NCBI GenBank assembly: GCA_050257015.1
Contig: JBLMWC010000012.1
Span: 2,712 to 66,711 of the forward strand
Direction of reading: 5' to 3'
Source: Bacillota bacterium
GTDB lineage: Bacteria > Gemmatimonadota > Gemmatimonadetes > Gemmatimonadales > GWC2-71-9
Length of the DNA: 64,000 nt
Shown: one piece after another, positions 37,842 through 45,647 of the stretch
How the letters are laid out: each line of letters starts with the position of its first letter
Numbering within the stretch: position 1 is the first letter of the stretch
Program-made: the position numbers and the translations under genes
The notes under the pieces: generated by a model
Databases searched by the model: none
What the model saw: the letters and a program-made list of their open reading frames with translations, nothing else
What the model was told of the DNA's origin: nothing

Positions 37842-39781
37842 GTGCGCCGATCACCGCCGATCCCGCCGCCGTGGAGCCGGCGGAGCGCGCATCGGTTCGC
37901 GAGCTCCACGAGGAGCTGCACCGGACCTGGGCCGACGGGCCGGGACTCCTCGGCTGGCTGATGAGCGTGGATCACAAGTCGCTGGGCAAGCGATACGTGA
38001 TCACCGCCTTCGTCTTCTTCCTCCTCGGCGGCATCGAGGCGGCGATGATGCGGGTACAGCTGGCGCGACCCGAGAGCCGGCTGATCGGGCCCGATCTCTA
38101 CAACCAGCTGTTCACCACCCACGGCACCACGATGATGTTCCTCTTCGCGGTGCCGGTGATGGTGGCCATGGGACTCTATCTCGTCCCGCTGATGATCGGC
38201 TCGCGCGATGTCGCCTTCCCCCGGCTCAACGCCTACGGATACTACACCTACCTCATCGGCGGGCTGTTCCTCTATGCGGCGTTCTTCCTCAACACCGGAC
38301 CCGACGCGGGATGGTTCGCGTACACGCCGCTCTCGGGGCCCGAGTTCGCCCCCGGCAAGCGCGTGGACGTCTGGGCGCAGACGATCACCTTTACCGAGAT
38401 CTCGGCGATCATCGGCGCCATTGAGCTGATCGTCACGATCTTCAAGCAGCGCGCGCCGGGGATGTCGCTCAACCGGATGCCGCTCTTCGTGTGGTCGGTG
38501 CTGGTGATGGCGTTCATGATCCTGTTCGCCATGCCGTGGGTGGCCGTGGACAGTCAGTTCCTCGCGATGGACCGTCTGATCGGCACCCACTTCTTCAACC
38601 AGGCCGAGGGCGGCGACGCGCTCCTCTGGCAGCACCTGTTCTGGTTCTTCGGGCATCCCGAGGTCTACATCATCTTCATCCCGGCGCTCGGGTACGTCTC
38701 GACGATCATCGCCACCTTCACCCGGCGCGAGATCTTCGGCTACCCCGCGATGGTCCTCTCGCTCGTCGCCACCGGCTTCCTCGGCTTCGGGCTCTGGGTG
38801 CACCACATGTTCGCGACCAACATCCCGCAGCTCGGCGAGAGCTTCTTCACCGCCGCGAGCGCCATGATCGCGATCCCCACCGGGGTGCAGTTCTTCTGCT
38901 GGATCGCCACCATCTGGGGCGGACGCCCGCGCTTCACCACGCCGTTCCTGTTCATCCTCGGCTTCATGGTGACATTCCTGATCGGCGGCCTCTCCGGCGT
39001 GATGGTCGCCTCGGTGCCGTTCGATCTTCAGGTTCACGACACCTTCTTCGTCGTCGCGCACCTCCACTACGTGCTGATCGGCGGCGCCGTCTTCCCGCTG
39101 TGGGGCGCGTTCTACTACTGGTTCCCGAAGTTCACCGGCCGGATGCTGAGCGAGCGGCTGGGCCGCTGGAACTTCGCGCTCTTCTTCATCGGGATGCATC
39201 TCACGTTCTTCCCGATGCACCAGCTCGGCCTCGACGGGATGCCGCGCCGGGTCTACACGTACCTGGCGGAGACCGGCTGGGGAACGCTGAACCTCGTCGC
39301 CACGATCGGCGGCGTCACCATCGCCGTTAGCGTCCTGGTCTTCCTGTTCAACGTCGCGCGGTCGCTCGCCAACGGCGAGATCGCGTCCAGCGATCCGTGG
39401 GAGACGAGCTCCACTCTCGAGTGGGCCACGACCTCGCCGCCGCCGCCGTACAACTTCGCGCACCTTCCAGTGGTCCAGGGCCGCTACCCGCTCTGGAGCC
39501 GGACGCTCGACGAGCCCGTCGTCACCGGTCTCCGGACCGACCAGCGTCAGCTGCTGATCACAACGCTGCTCGATGCTGCGCCCGACCATCGGCATCGCAC
39601 GCCCGATCCGACGCTGTGGCCGCTCGTCGCCTCCATCGCCACCGGCATCACGTTCATCGCGCTGATCTTCACGCCGTGGGCACTGGTCGTCGGTGCCGCG
39701 CTCATCGCGGGGCCGCTGATCGCGTGGGGCTGGCCCAGGCCCAAGCCGGGAGATCCGATCGTGACCGGAGGCGTCCGATGA
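37838..39781 (+). CDS. ctaD: Cytochrome c oxidase subunit I (with an extra C-terminal two-helix extension)
   Basis: VDHKSLGKRY, TTHGTTMMFLF, WFFGHPEVYI and HHMF motifs. 647 aa. ATGA overlap. It lies within track ORF 37442-39781. Confidence 0.95.
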   Translation: MSAPITADPAAVEPAERASVRELHEELHRTWADGPGLLGWLMSVDHKSLGKRYVITAFVFFLLGGIEAAMMRVQLARPESRLIGPDLYNQLFTTHGTTMMFLFAVPVMVAMGLYLVPLMIGSRDVAFPRLNAYGYYTYLIGGLFLYAAFFLNTGPDAGWFAYTPLSGPEFAPGKRVDVWAQTITFTEISAIIGAIELIVTIFKQRAPGMSLNRMPLFVWSVLVMAFMILFAMPWVAVDSQFLAMDRLIGTHFFNQAEGGDALLWQHLFWFFGHPEVYIIFIPALGYVSTIIATFTRREIFGYPAMVLSLVATGFLGFGLWVHHMFATNIPQLGESFFTAASAMIAIPTGVQFFCWIATIWGGRPRFTTPFLFILGFMVTFLIGGLSGVMVASVPFDLQVHDTFFVVAHLHYVLIGGAVFPLWGAFYYWFPKFTGRMLSERLGRWNFALFFIGMHLTFFPMHQLGLDGMPRRVYTYLAETGWGTLNLVATIGGVTIAVSVLVFLFNVARSLANGEIASSDPWETSSTLEWATTSPPPPYNFAHLPVVQGRYPLWSRTLDEPVVTGLRTDQRQLLITTLLDAAPDHRHRTPDPTLWPLVASIATGITFIALIFTPWALVVGAALIAGPLIAWGWPRPKPGDPIVTGGVR

Positions 39782-40413
39782 GCGCGGTCGAGTCGGCCCG
39801 GATGCAGGGAGAGCGCGGATCGATCGACGTCTCCGCCCTGCCCGAGACCACCTTCGGGCACCGCGCGGTCACGTGGTGGGGAACCCTCGGCTTCATGGCC
39901 GCGGAGGGGACGACCCTCCTCATCTGCGCCGTCGCCTACCTCTATGTGCAGCGGAACTTCCGGCAATGGCCACCGTCGGAAACTCCGCTGCCGTCGCTCA
40001 CCATCCCGACGGTGCAGGTCGCCCTCATGCTGCTCAGCATCCCGGTGATGGTGTGGACCGCGCACGCCGCGCGCCGTCTGGAGCTGGGCAAGATCCGGCT
40101 CGGCATGGTGCTCTCCACCGCCTTCGCCCTCGCCTTCTGCGTGCTGCGCTGGTTCGAGTTCCGGGCCCTGCACACCCGCTGGGACAGCAACGCCTACGGC
40201 TCCGTAGCATGGGCGATCGTCTTCGCCCACGCCACGCTCCTGGCCGCGCAGTTCGGCGAGAGCGCCTCGATGGCGGCGCTCCTCTTCACCGGCCCGGTCG
40301 AGCCGAAGCACTTCGCGGACGTCGACGACAGCTGTCTCTACTGGTACTTCATGACCGGCTCCTGGGTGCTGCTCTACCTGCTGGTCTTCATCTCGCCGAG
40401 ACTCATGCAATGA
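39778..40413 (+). CDS. ctaE: Cytochrome c oxidase subunit III
   Basis: 211 aa and multi-TM, with ..TFGHRAVTWWGTLGFMAAEGT.. and ..YWYFMTGSWVLLY.., typical of subunit III-like proteins. ATGA overlap. Confidence 0.8.
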   Translation: MSAVESARMQGERGSIDVSALPETTFGHRAVTWWGTLGFMAAEGTTLLICAVAYLYVQRNFRQWPPSETPLPSLTIPTVQVALMLLSIPVMVWTAHAARRLELGKIRLGMVLSTAFALAFCVLRWFEFRALHTRWDSNAYGSVAWAIVFAHATLLAAQFGESASMAALLFTGPVEPKHFADVDDSCLYWYFMTGSWVLLYLLVFISPRLMQ

Positions 40414-40796
40414 ATCGCGAGCTCGAGATCGACACCAGCACCGGCATCCCCGACGCCCGGCACGTCGTGGCCCAGGTGGCCGGCGTCCTCGTCCCGCCGC
40501 TGGCGACGCTGGCGGGGATGGAAGTCTCCTACGGCCTCGTCGGGCCGGCCTGTACGTCGGGCAACACCCTCGCGCTCCACCTGACCCGGCTGGTGACGCT
40601 CCTCGTCGTCCTCGGTGCCGGGCTCATCGCGTGGCGGGAATGGCGCGCCGTCGGTGTCGAGCACCCCGGCGACGGCGGAAGCCCGGGCACGCGGGCCCGG
40701 TTCCTCTCGTGGGTCGGCGTCTTCGCCGCGGGCCTCTTCTCGCTGGTGGTGATTGCCCAGTGGCTCGCCGGCCTCTTCCTCTCGCCCTGCCAGTGA
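40410..40796 (+). CDS. Small integral membrane protein of the oxidase cluster (unknown function)
   Basis: 128 aa with three to four hydrophobic helices. It is tied to both neighbours by ATGA/GTGA overlaps. Confidence 0.6.
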   Translation: MNRELEIDTSTGIPDARHVVAQVAGVLVPPLATLAGMEVSYGLVGPACTSGNTLALHLTRLVTLLVVLGAGLIAWREWRAVGVEHPGDGGSPGTRARFLSWVGVFAAGLFSLVVIAQWLAGLFLSPCQ

Positions 40797-41662
40797 ACGC
40801 ACCGCTCGCGCCACACGATCTCTGGAGGGCCTGGAGCTCCGATCCCGGCATCGTGCTGCCGCTCGGCCTTGCCGCGGTCCTGTACGCACGCGGCCTCCGG
40901 GCGCTCTGGCATCACGCCGGGGCGGGACGCGGCATCCGTCGCTGGCAGGCGGGCGCGTTCGCTGCCGGCTGGCTGGTGCTGGCGATCGCGCTCGTGTCCC
41001 CGCTGCACGAGCTCGGGGAAACGCTCTTCTCCGCGCACATGGCACAGCACGAGCTCCTCATGGCGGTCGCCGCGCCGCTCCTCGTGCTGGGCCGCCCGGT
41101 CATTCCCTTCCTCTGGGGGCTTCCAATCGGGTGGCGGCGCGTCGCCGGTCAATGGGCCTCCACGCCGCCGGTACGGGCGACGTGGCACGCCCTCACCCTG
41201 CCCTCGGTCGCGTGGACGCTGCACGCCACCGCGATCTGGGCCTGGCACGCGCCACGGCTCTACGATGCCGCCGTCACGAGCGACCTGGTCCATGCGCTCC
41301 AGCACGCGAGCTTCCTCGGCTCGGCGCTGCTCTTCTGGTGGGCGCTGATTTACGGGCGAAACGGCCGCCTCCGCTACGGCGCCTCGGTGCTCTACATCTT
41401 CACCACCGCGCTCCACACCACGGCGCTTGGCGCGGTGCTCTCGCTCGCGTCGCGGCCGCTCTACCCGGCGTACACCGCCACTGCGGCGTGGGGACTGACA
41501 CCGCTCGAGGACCAGCAGCTCGCCGGACTGATCATGTGGGTGCCGGCGGGCATCGCCTACCTGGTCGCGGCGCTGGCGCTGATGGCGGGATGGCTGCAGG
41601 AGGCGGAGCGGCGCACCGTGCGGTCGGAGGCGGCGGCGCTGGCGCTCCGAGGCCAGCCATGA
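40793..41662 (+). CDS. ctaG: Cytochrome c oxidase assembly protein, caa3-CtaG (Bacillus type) family
   Basis: Multi-TM protein with ..LVSPLHELGETLFSAHMAQHELLMAVAAPLLVLG.. and ..HALQHASFL... GTG 40793 overlaps the upstream stop. Confidence 0.8.
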   Translation: MNAPLAPHDLWRAWSSDPGIVLPLGLAAVLYARGLRALWHHAGAGRGIRRWQAGAFAAGWLVLAIALVSPLHELGETLFSAHMAQHELLMAVAAPLLVLGRPVIPFLWGLPIGWRRVAGQWASTPPVRATWHALTLPSVAWTLHATAIWAWHAPRLYDAAVTSDLVHALQHASFLGSALLFWWALIYGRNGRLRYGASVLYIFTTALHTTALGAVLSLASRPLYPAYTATAAWGLTPLEDQQLAGLIMWVPAGIAYLVAALALMAGWLQEAERRTVRSEAAALALRGQP

Positions 41663-42033
41663 CGCGCCTCACGCTCGCCGTCCTCGCGCTCATGCTTGCC
41701 GGTGCCGCCTGCGACCGCGAGCCGGCCGACCGCTCGATGCGGCAGCTCACCGGCGGGGACTCCCACCGCGGCCGGCAGATCGTACGGGCGTACGGCTGCA
41801 CCGCGTGCCACCTGATCCCCGGCGTGCCCGGCCCCGATGCGCGGGTCGGTCCCCCGCTCGCCGGAATCGCCAGCCGCGCGTTCATCGCCGGCGTGCTGCC
41901 GAACCAGCCCGGCAACATGATCCGCTGGATCCGCGATCCGCAGGGCGTCGGCCAGCGGACCGCCATGCCCGACATGGGTGTCAGCGAGCGCGACGCGCGC
42001 GACATCGCCGGCTATCTGTACACCCTGAGATAG
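41659..42033 (+). CDS. Lipoprotein-anchored mono-heme c-type cytochrome (second copy)
   Basis: Lipobox MLAGAAC, heme motif GCTACH and distal TAMPDMG. ATGA overlap. Confidence 0.8.
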   Translation: MTRLTLAVLALMLAGAACDREPADRSMRQLTGGDSHRGRQIVRAYGCTACHLIPGVPGPDARVGPPLAGIASRAFIAGVLPNQPGNMIRWIRDPQGVGQRTAMPDMGVSERDARDIAGYLYTLR

Positions 42034-42043
42034 CGAGGCCTCC

Positions 42044-42454
42044 GTGCCCGGCCGCCTCGCCGTCGCGCTCGTGCTTCTCACCGCCTGCTCGAGCGGACCC
42101 TCACCGAAGAAGGCGGAAAAGGAGCGCGAGCGCGCTGCGTCCGCCGCCACCTCGGCCGGCATGATCGCCGCCGCGTGGGACTCCGGCGCGGCGCCCGGGA
42201 TCTACGCCTCGCACGCGCTCCGGCGGATCAGCGCGGACTTTCGCCAGGGAGGGGAGGCGCCGGTGTGGTCCGCGCTTCCCCCCGCCTCACGCATCGCGCT
42301 CACCGCCGAGCTCGGAGCACTGCATGGAGTGACCGCGGGGATCGACAGCGCGATCGGCCGCCGGGACCACGCCGCAGTGCGCACACTCCACCGCGCACTC
42401 GCGGAGCACGGCCACGCGCTTGCCGCCGTCCCGATCGACACCGCGTCCCGATGA
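42044..42454 (+). CDS. Helical His-rich lipoprotein of unknown function
   Basis: Classic lipobox LLTACSS. 136 aa, Ala/His-rich (..RDHAAVRTLHRALAEHGHALA..). Its stop overlaps the Nramp-like start (ATGA). Confidence 0.6.
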   Translation: MPGRLAVALVLLTACSSGPSPKKAEKERERAASAATSAGMIAAAWDSGAAPGIYASHALRRISADFRQGGEAPVWSALPPASRIALTAELGALHGVTAGIDSAIGRRDHAAVRTLHRALAEHGHALAAVPIDTASR

Positions 42455-43665
42455 AGCGTCTCATCGAGATCGCCCTCGGCATCGTCACCGGGATCGGCGG
42501 CTTCCTCGAGGCCGGCTCGCTCGCCACCAGCGCGCAGGCCGGCGCCGACTTCCGCTTCGACCTCATCTGGGCAGTGGTCCTCGGCGCGACCTGCCTCGCC
42601 TTCCTGGTCGAGATGTCGGGCCGGCTTTCCGCCATCAGCAAGCACACTCTCCCCGACGCCATCCGCGAGCGGTTCGGCTTCCGCTTTTTCGTGCTGCCGC
42701 TCGTGATCATGCAGCTGGTCATGCTCCTCGTAATGGTGACCGAGCTCGGCGGCGTCTCGATCGCACTCCAGTTCATCAGCGGCGTGAGCTACCGCTGGTG
42801 GGCCATCCCCGTCGGGGGGCTCACGTGGGCGCTCCTCTGGAAGGGAACGTTCGGCCTGATCGAGAAGGGAGTGTCACTGCTCGGGCTCGTCACCCTCGCG
42901 TTCGTCGTGGGAGCGCTGCACCTCCACCCGCCGATGGCCGAGGTGGCGCGCGGTGCCCTTCCTCGCCTCCCGTCCCATGACAGCGCCCACTACTGGTTCC
43001 TCGCCGTAAGCATCCTGGGCGCGTCGATCAGCCCGTATCTCTTCTTCTTCTATTCCGCGGGCGCGGTCGAGGACCGGTGGGACGTGAGCCACCTGACGAT
43101 CAACCGGATCACCGCCGGCGCCGGCATGGGCTTCGGCGGCATCGTGGCGATCGGCGCACTCGTGCTCGCGGGAATGATCTTCCACCCCGCGGGCATCCAG
43201 GTGGACAGCTTCGACCAGCTCCCGCTCCTGCTCACGAGCGCGTTCGGACACTGGGGGTTCGTGCTGTTCGTCGCCTCGCTCGCGATCGCCTGCTTCGGCG
43301 CCGCGCAGGAGATCGCCCTCACCTCGGCCTACCTGATGGCGCAGGGATTCGGCTGGCGCTGGAGCGAGAACCTGCCTCCGGCCGCCGATGCGCGGTTCAG
43401 TCTCACCTACACCGCGATCACCGCGCTGGCGGTCATCCCGATCGCCGCCGGCGTGGACGTGCTCAAGCTGACGAACATCTCGATGGTCTTCAGCGCCGCG
43501 TCGCTGCCGTTCGTCGCGCTGCCGCTCCTCGTCATCATGAACGACCGGCGCTTCCTCCGCGATCACTGCAACGGCTGGGTGGGCAACATCGTCGTCGCGC
43601 TCATCGCCGTCCTCGCCTTCGTGCTCGCGGTCGTGTCGTTCCCCCTGCTCATTACCGGAGGGTGA
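42451..43665 (+). CDS. Nramp-family transporter with a non-canonical metal-binding site
   Basis: The TM1 region GIGGFLEAGSLATSAQAGADFRFDLIW aligns without gaps to canonical ..DPGN.ATN.QAGA.YGY.LLW. The TM6 region ILGASISPYLFFFYS aligns to ..GA.VMPH..YLHS. 404 aa. It lies within track ORF 42175-43665. Confidence 0.85.
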   Translation: MKRLIEIALGIVTGIGGFLEAGSLATSAQAGADFRFDLIWAVVLGATCLAFLVEMSGRLSAISKHTLPDAIRERFGFRFFVLPLVIMQLVMLLVMVTELGGVSIALQFISGVSYRWWAIPVGGLTWALLWKGTFGLIEKGVSLLGLVTLAFVVGALHLHPPMAEVARGALPRLPSHDSAHYWFLAVSILGASISPYLFFFYSAGAVEDRWDVSHLTINRITAGAGMGFGGIVAIGALVLAGMIFHPAGIQVDSFDQLPLLLTSAFGHWGFVLFVASLAIACFGAAQEIALTSAYLMAQGFGWRWSENLPPAADARFSLTYTAITALAVIPIAAGVDVLKLTNISMVFSAASLPFVALPLLVIMNDRRFLRDHCNGWVGNIVVALIAVLAFVLAVVSFPLLITGG

Positions 43666-43666
43666 G

Positions 43667-44032
43667 ATGCTGCTCGTGCGTGACGTGCTCGACAAGCAGA
43701 TGCTGGACCGCGACGGCGACAAGATGGGGAAGGTGGACGGCGTGGTGCTCCAGGTGAGCGAGGAGGGTCCGCCGCGCGTCGTCTATCTGGAGGCCGGCGC
43801 CCCGACGCTCGCCCGCCGCCTGGGGCTGCGGATCGGACGCTGGGTATCGCGCCTGGCCCGGCGCTGGGGCGGCGCCCACCCGGAGTCATACCGCATTCCA
43901 TGGACGAAGGTCCGCGAGGTGACGCTGGACGTGCGCATCGACGTGAAGGCGGACGAGACGCGGGTAAACGTGGTGGAGGACTGGCTCCGCACGCATGTGG
44001 TGGAGCACCTGCCGGGAGGGAAGAAACAGTGA
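43667..44032 (+). CDS. PRC-barrel domain protein
   Basis: VRDVLDKQMLDRDGDKMGKVDGVVLQV is a PRC-barrel-like N-terminus. GGAGGG lies inside the end of the Nramp gene, with a 1-nt gap to it. Confidence 0.65.
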   Translation: MLLVRDVLDKQMLDRDGDKMGKVDGVVLQVSEEGPPRVVYLEAGAPTLARRLGLRIGRWVSRLARRWGGAHPESYRIPWTKVREVTLDVRIDVKADETRVNVVEDWLRTHVVEHLPGGKKQ

Positions 44033-44319
44033 CGCCGCGGGAGGTGCATCTCGAGCTGCTGCTCGGTCGGCGAGTGCGGGACAGCCGCGGCCGCCCCGCC
44101 GGCCGCATCGAGGAGGTGCTCGCGGATCGCGAGGACCTCGACTGCGTCGTGCGCGAGTTCCATCTCGGCCCTCACGCGCTGGTGGAGCGTCTCTCGCTTC
44201 CGCTCGTTCGATTCTTTCGCGGCCGGTCGCACGGCCTGCGCCCGGTGCCGTGGGACCGGCTCGACCTGACCGATCCCGCTCAGCCGCGGCTCACCTGCAC
44301 CCTCGAGGAGCTGAAGTAG
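44029..44319 (+). CDS. Small PRC-barrel-like protein
   Basis: LLLGRRVRDSRGRPAGRIEEVLAD.. resembles a PRC-barrel. GTGA overlap with the upstream gene. It lies within track ORF 43900-44319. Confidence 0.5.
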   Translation: MTPREVHLELLLGRRVRDSRGRPAGRIEEVLADREDLDCVVREFHLGPHALVERLSLPLVRFFRGRSHGLRPVPWDRLDLTDPAQPRLTCTLEELK

Positions 44320-44323
44320 CCCT

Positions 44324-45643
44324 TCACTTCCCGACGCAGAACGACGCGAAGACGCGCCCCAGCACCTCCTCGATGTCGATCGTGCCCAGCAGCTCATCCA
44401 GCGCGCCCGCCGCCTCGCGCACGTGGTGCGCCGCGAGCACCGGATCGCCGCCGCGAGCGAGGTGCGGGCCCGCCCCCGCGAGCGCGTCCCGTGCGCGCTC
44501 GAGCGCAACCCGGTGCCGCTCCCGCGTGAGCCCCGGCTCGAGGTCGGCGAGCGACGCCTTCGCGTCGAAGAGCCGCGCCGCGATCCGCGTCCGGAGCGCG
44601 TCGAGGCCGGCGCCGGTGACGACCGACACCCCGCCCTCCGCTCGCGGGTGGAGATCCGACTTGGTCCGGACCAGGAGGGCGGGATGCTCGACGAGCAGAC
44701 GCTCCTCGTCGTCGCCGGCCGTCCGCTCCCCTTCGACGCAGAGCAGCATGAGATCAGCGGCGCCGAGGTAGCGGCGGCTGACCTCGATGCCGAGTCGGTC
44801 GATCGGATCGGCCGAGTCCCAGAGTCCCGCCGTGTCCACCAGACGCACCGGCCAGCCCAGCAGGTCGGTGTGCGCTTCGATCGCGTCGCGCGTAGTGCCT
44901 GGCGTATCGGTGACGAGCGCACGCGCGGTCCCGAGCAGCGCGTTGAAGAGCGATGACTTGCCGGCGTTGGGCCGGCCGGCCAGCACCACCAGCGCTCCCT
45001 CGCGAAGCCGCTCTCCTGCCGGTGCCGTCGCGATCAGCTGCTCGATCCGTCCCCGTACCTCCTCGGCGCGCCCGGCGATGCGCTCGAGCGGGACCGGGCC
45101 GTCGTCTTCGTCCGGGAAGTCGATCTCGTAACCCAGCAGTGCCTGGACGTCGAGGAGCGCGCTCCGAAGCTCGCCGAGCCGCCGGGAGAGCCCGCCCTCG
45201 AGCTGCGCCAGGGCGGCGCGCGCCTGCGCGGGCGCGCTCGCGTCGATGAGATCGCCGACCGCCTCGGCCTGGACCAGATCCATCTTGCCGTTGAGCACCG
45301 CGCGCCGGGTGAATTCTCCCGGCGCGGCGGGACGCGCGCCGGCGGCCTGGATCGCGGCGATCAGCTGGGCCGGCACGCTCAGGCCGCCGTGGCAGGAGAG
45401 CTCCACGAGGTCGTCGCCGGTGTAGCTGGCCGGCCCGGGAAAAACGGTGTAGAGCCCGCGGTCGATCGGCGTGCCGTCGGCGGCGTGGAAGGTGGTGAGG
45501 GTGGCGGTACGGGGAGGATCGGTCCTGAATCCGGTGATGACGCGGCTCGCGATGGCGAACGCGCCGTCGCCGCTCAGCCGGACGACCGCGAGCGCGGAGC
45601 GGCCGGCCGGTGTGGCGAGGGCGACGATCGGATCCGACAGCAC
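44324..45643 (-). CDS. mnmE: tRNA modification GTPase MnmE
   Basis: [23 protein letters not shown]-domain [26 protein letters not shown], and the C-terminal CVGK. Confidence 0.95.
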   Translation of the reverse strand: MLSDPIVALATPAGRSALAVVRLSGDGAFAIASRVITGFRTDPPRTATLTTFHAADGTPIDRGLYTVFPGPASYTGDDLVELSCHGGLSVPAQLIAAIQAAGARPAAPGEFTRRAVLNGKMDLVQAEAVGDLIDASAPAQARAALAQLEGGLSRRLGELRSALLDVQALLGYEIDFPDEDDGPVPLERIAGRAEEVRGRIEQLIATAPAGERLREGALVVLAGRPNAGKSSLFNALLGTARALVTDTPGTTRDAIEAHTDLLGWPVRLVDTAGLWDSADPIDRLGIEVSRRYLGAADLMLLCVEGERTAGDDEERLLVEHPALLVRTKSDLHPRAEGGVSVVTGAGLDALRTRIAARLFDAKASLADLEPGLTRERHRVALERARDALAGAGPHLARGGDPVLAAHHVREAAGALDELLGTIDIEEVLGRVFASFCVGK

Positions 45644-45647
45644 CGAC

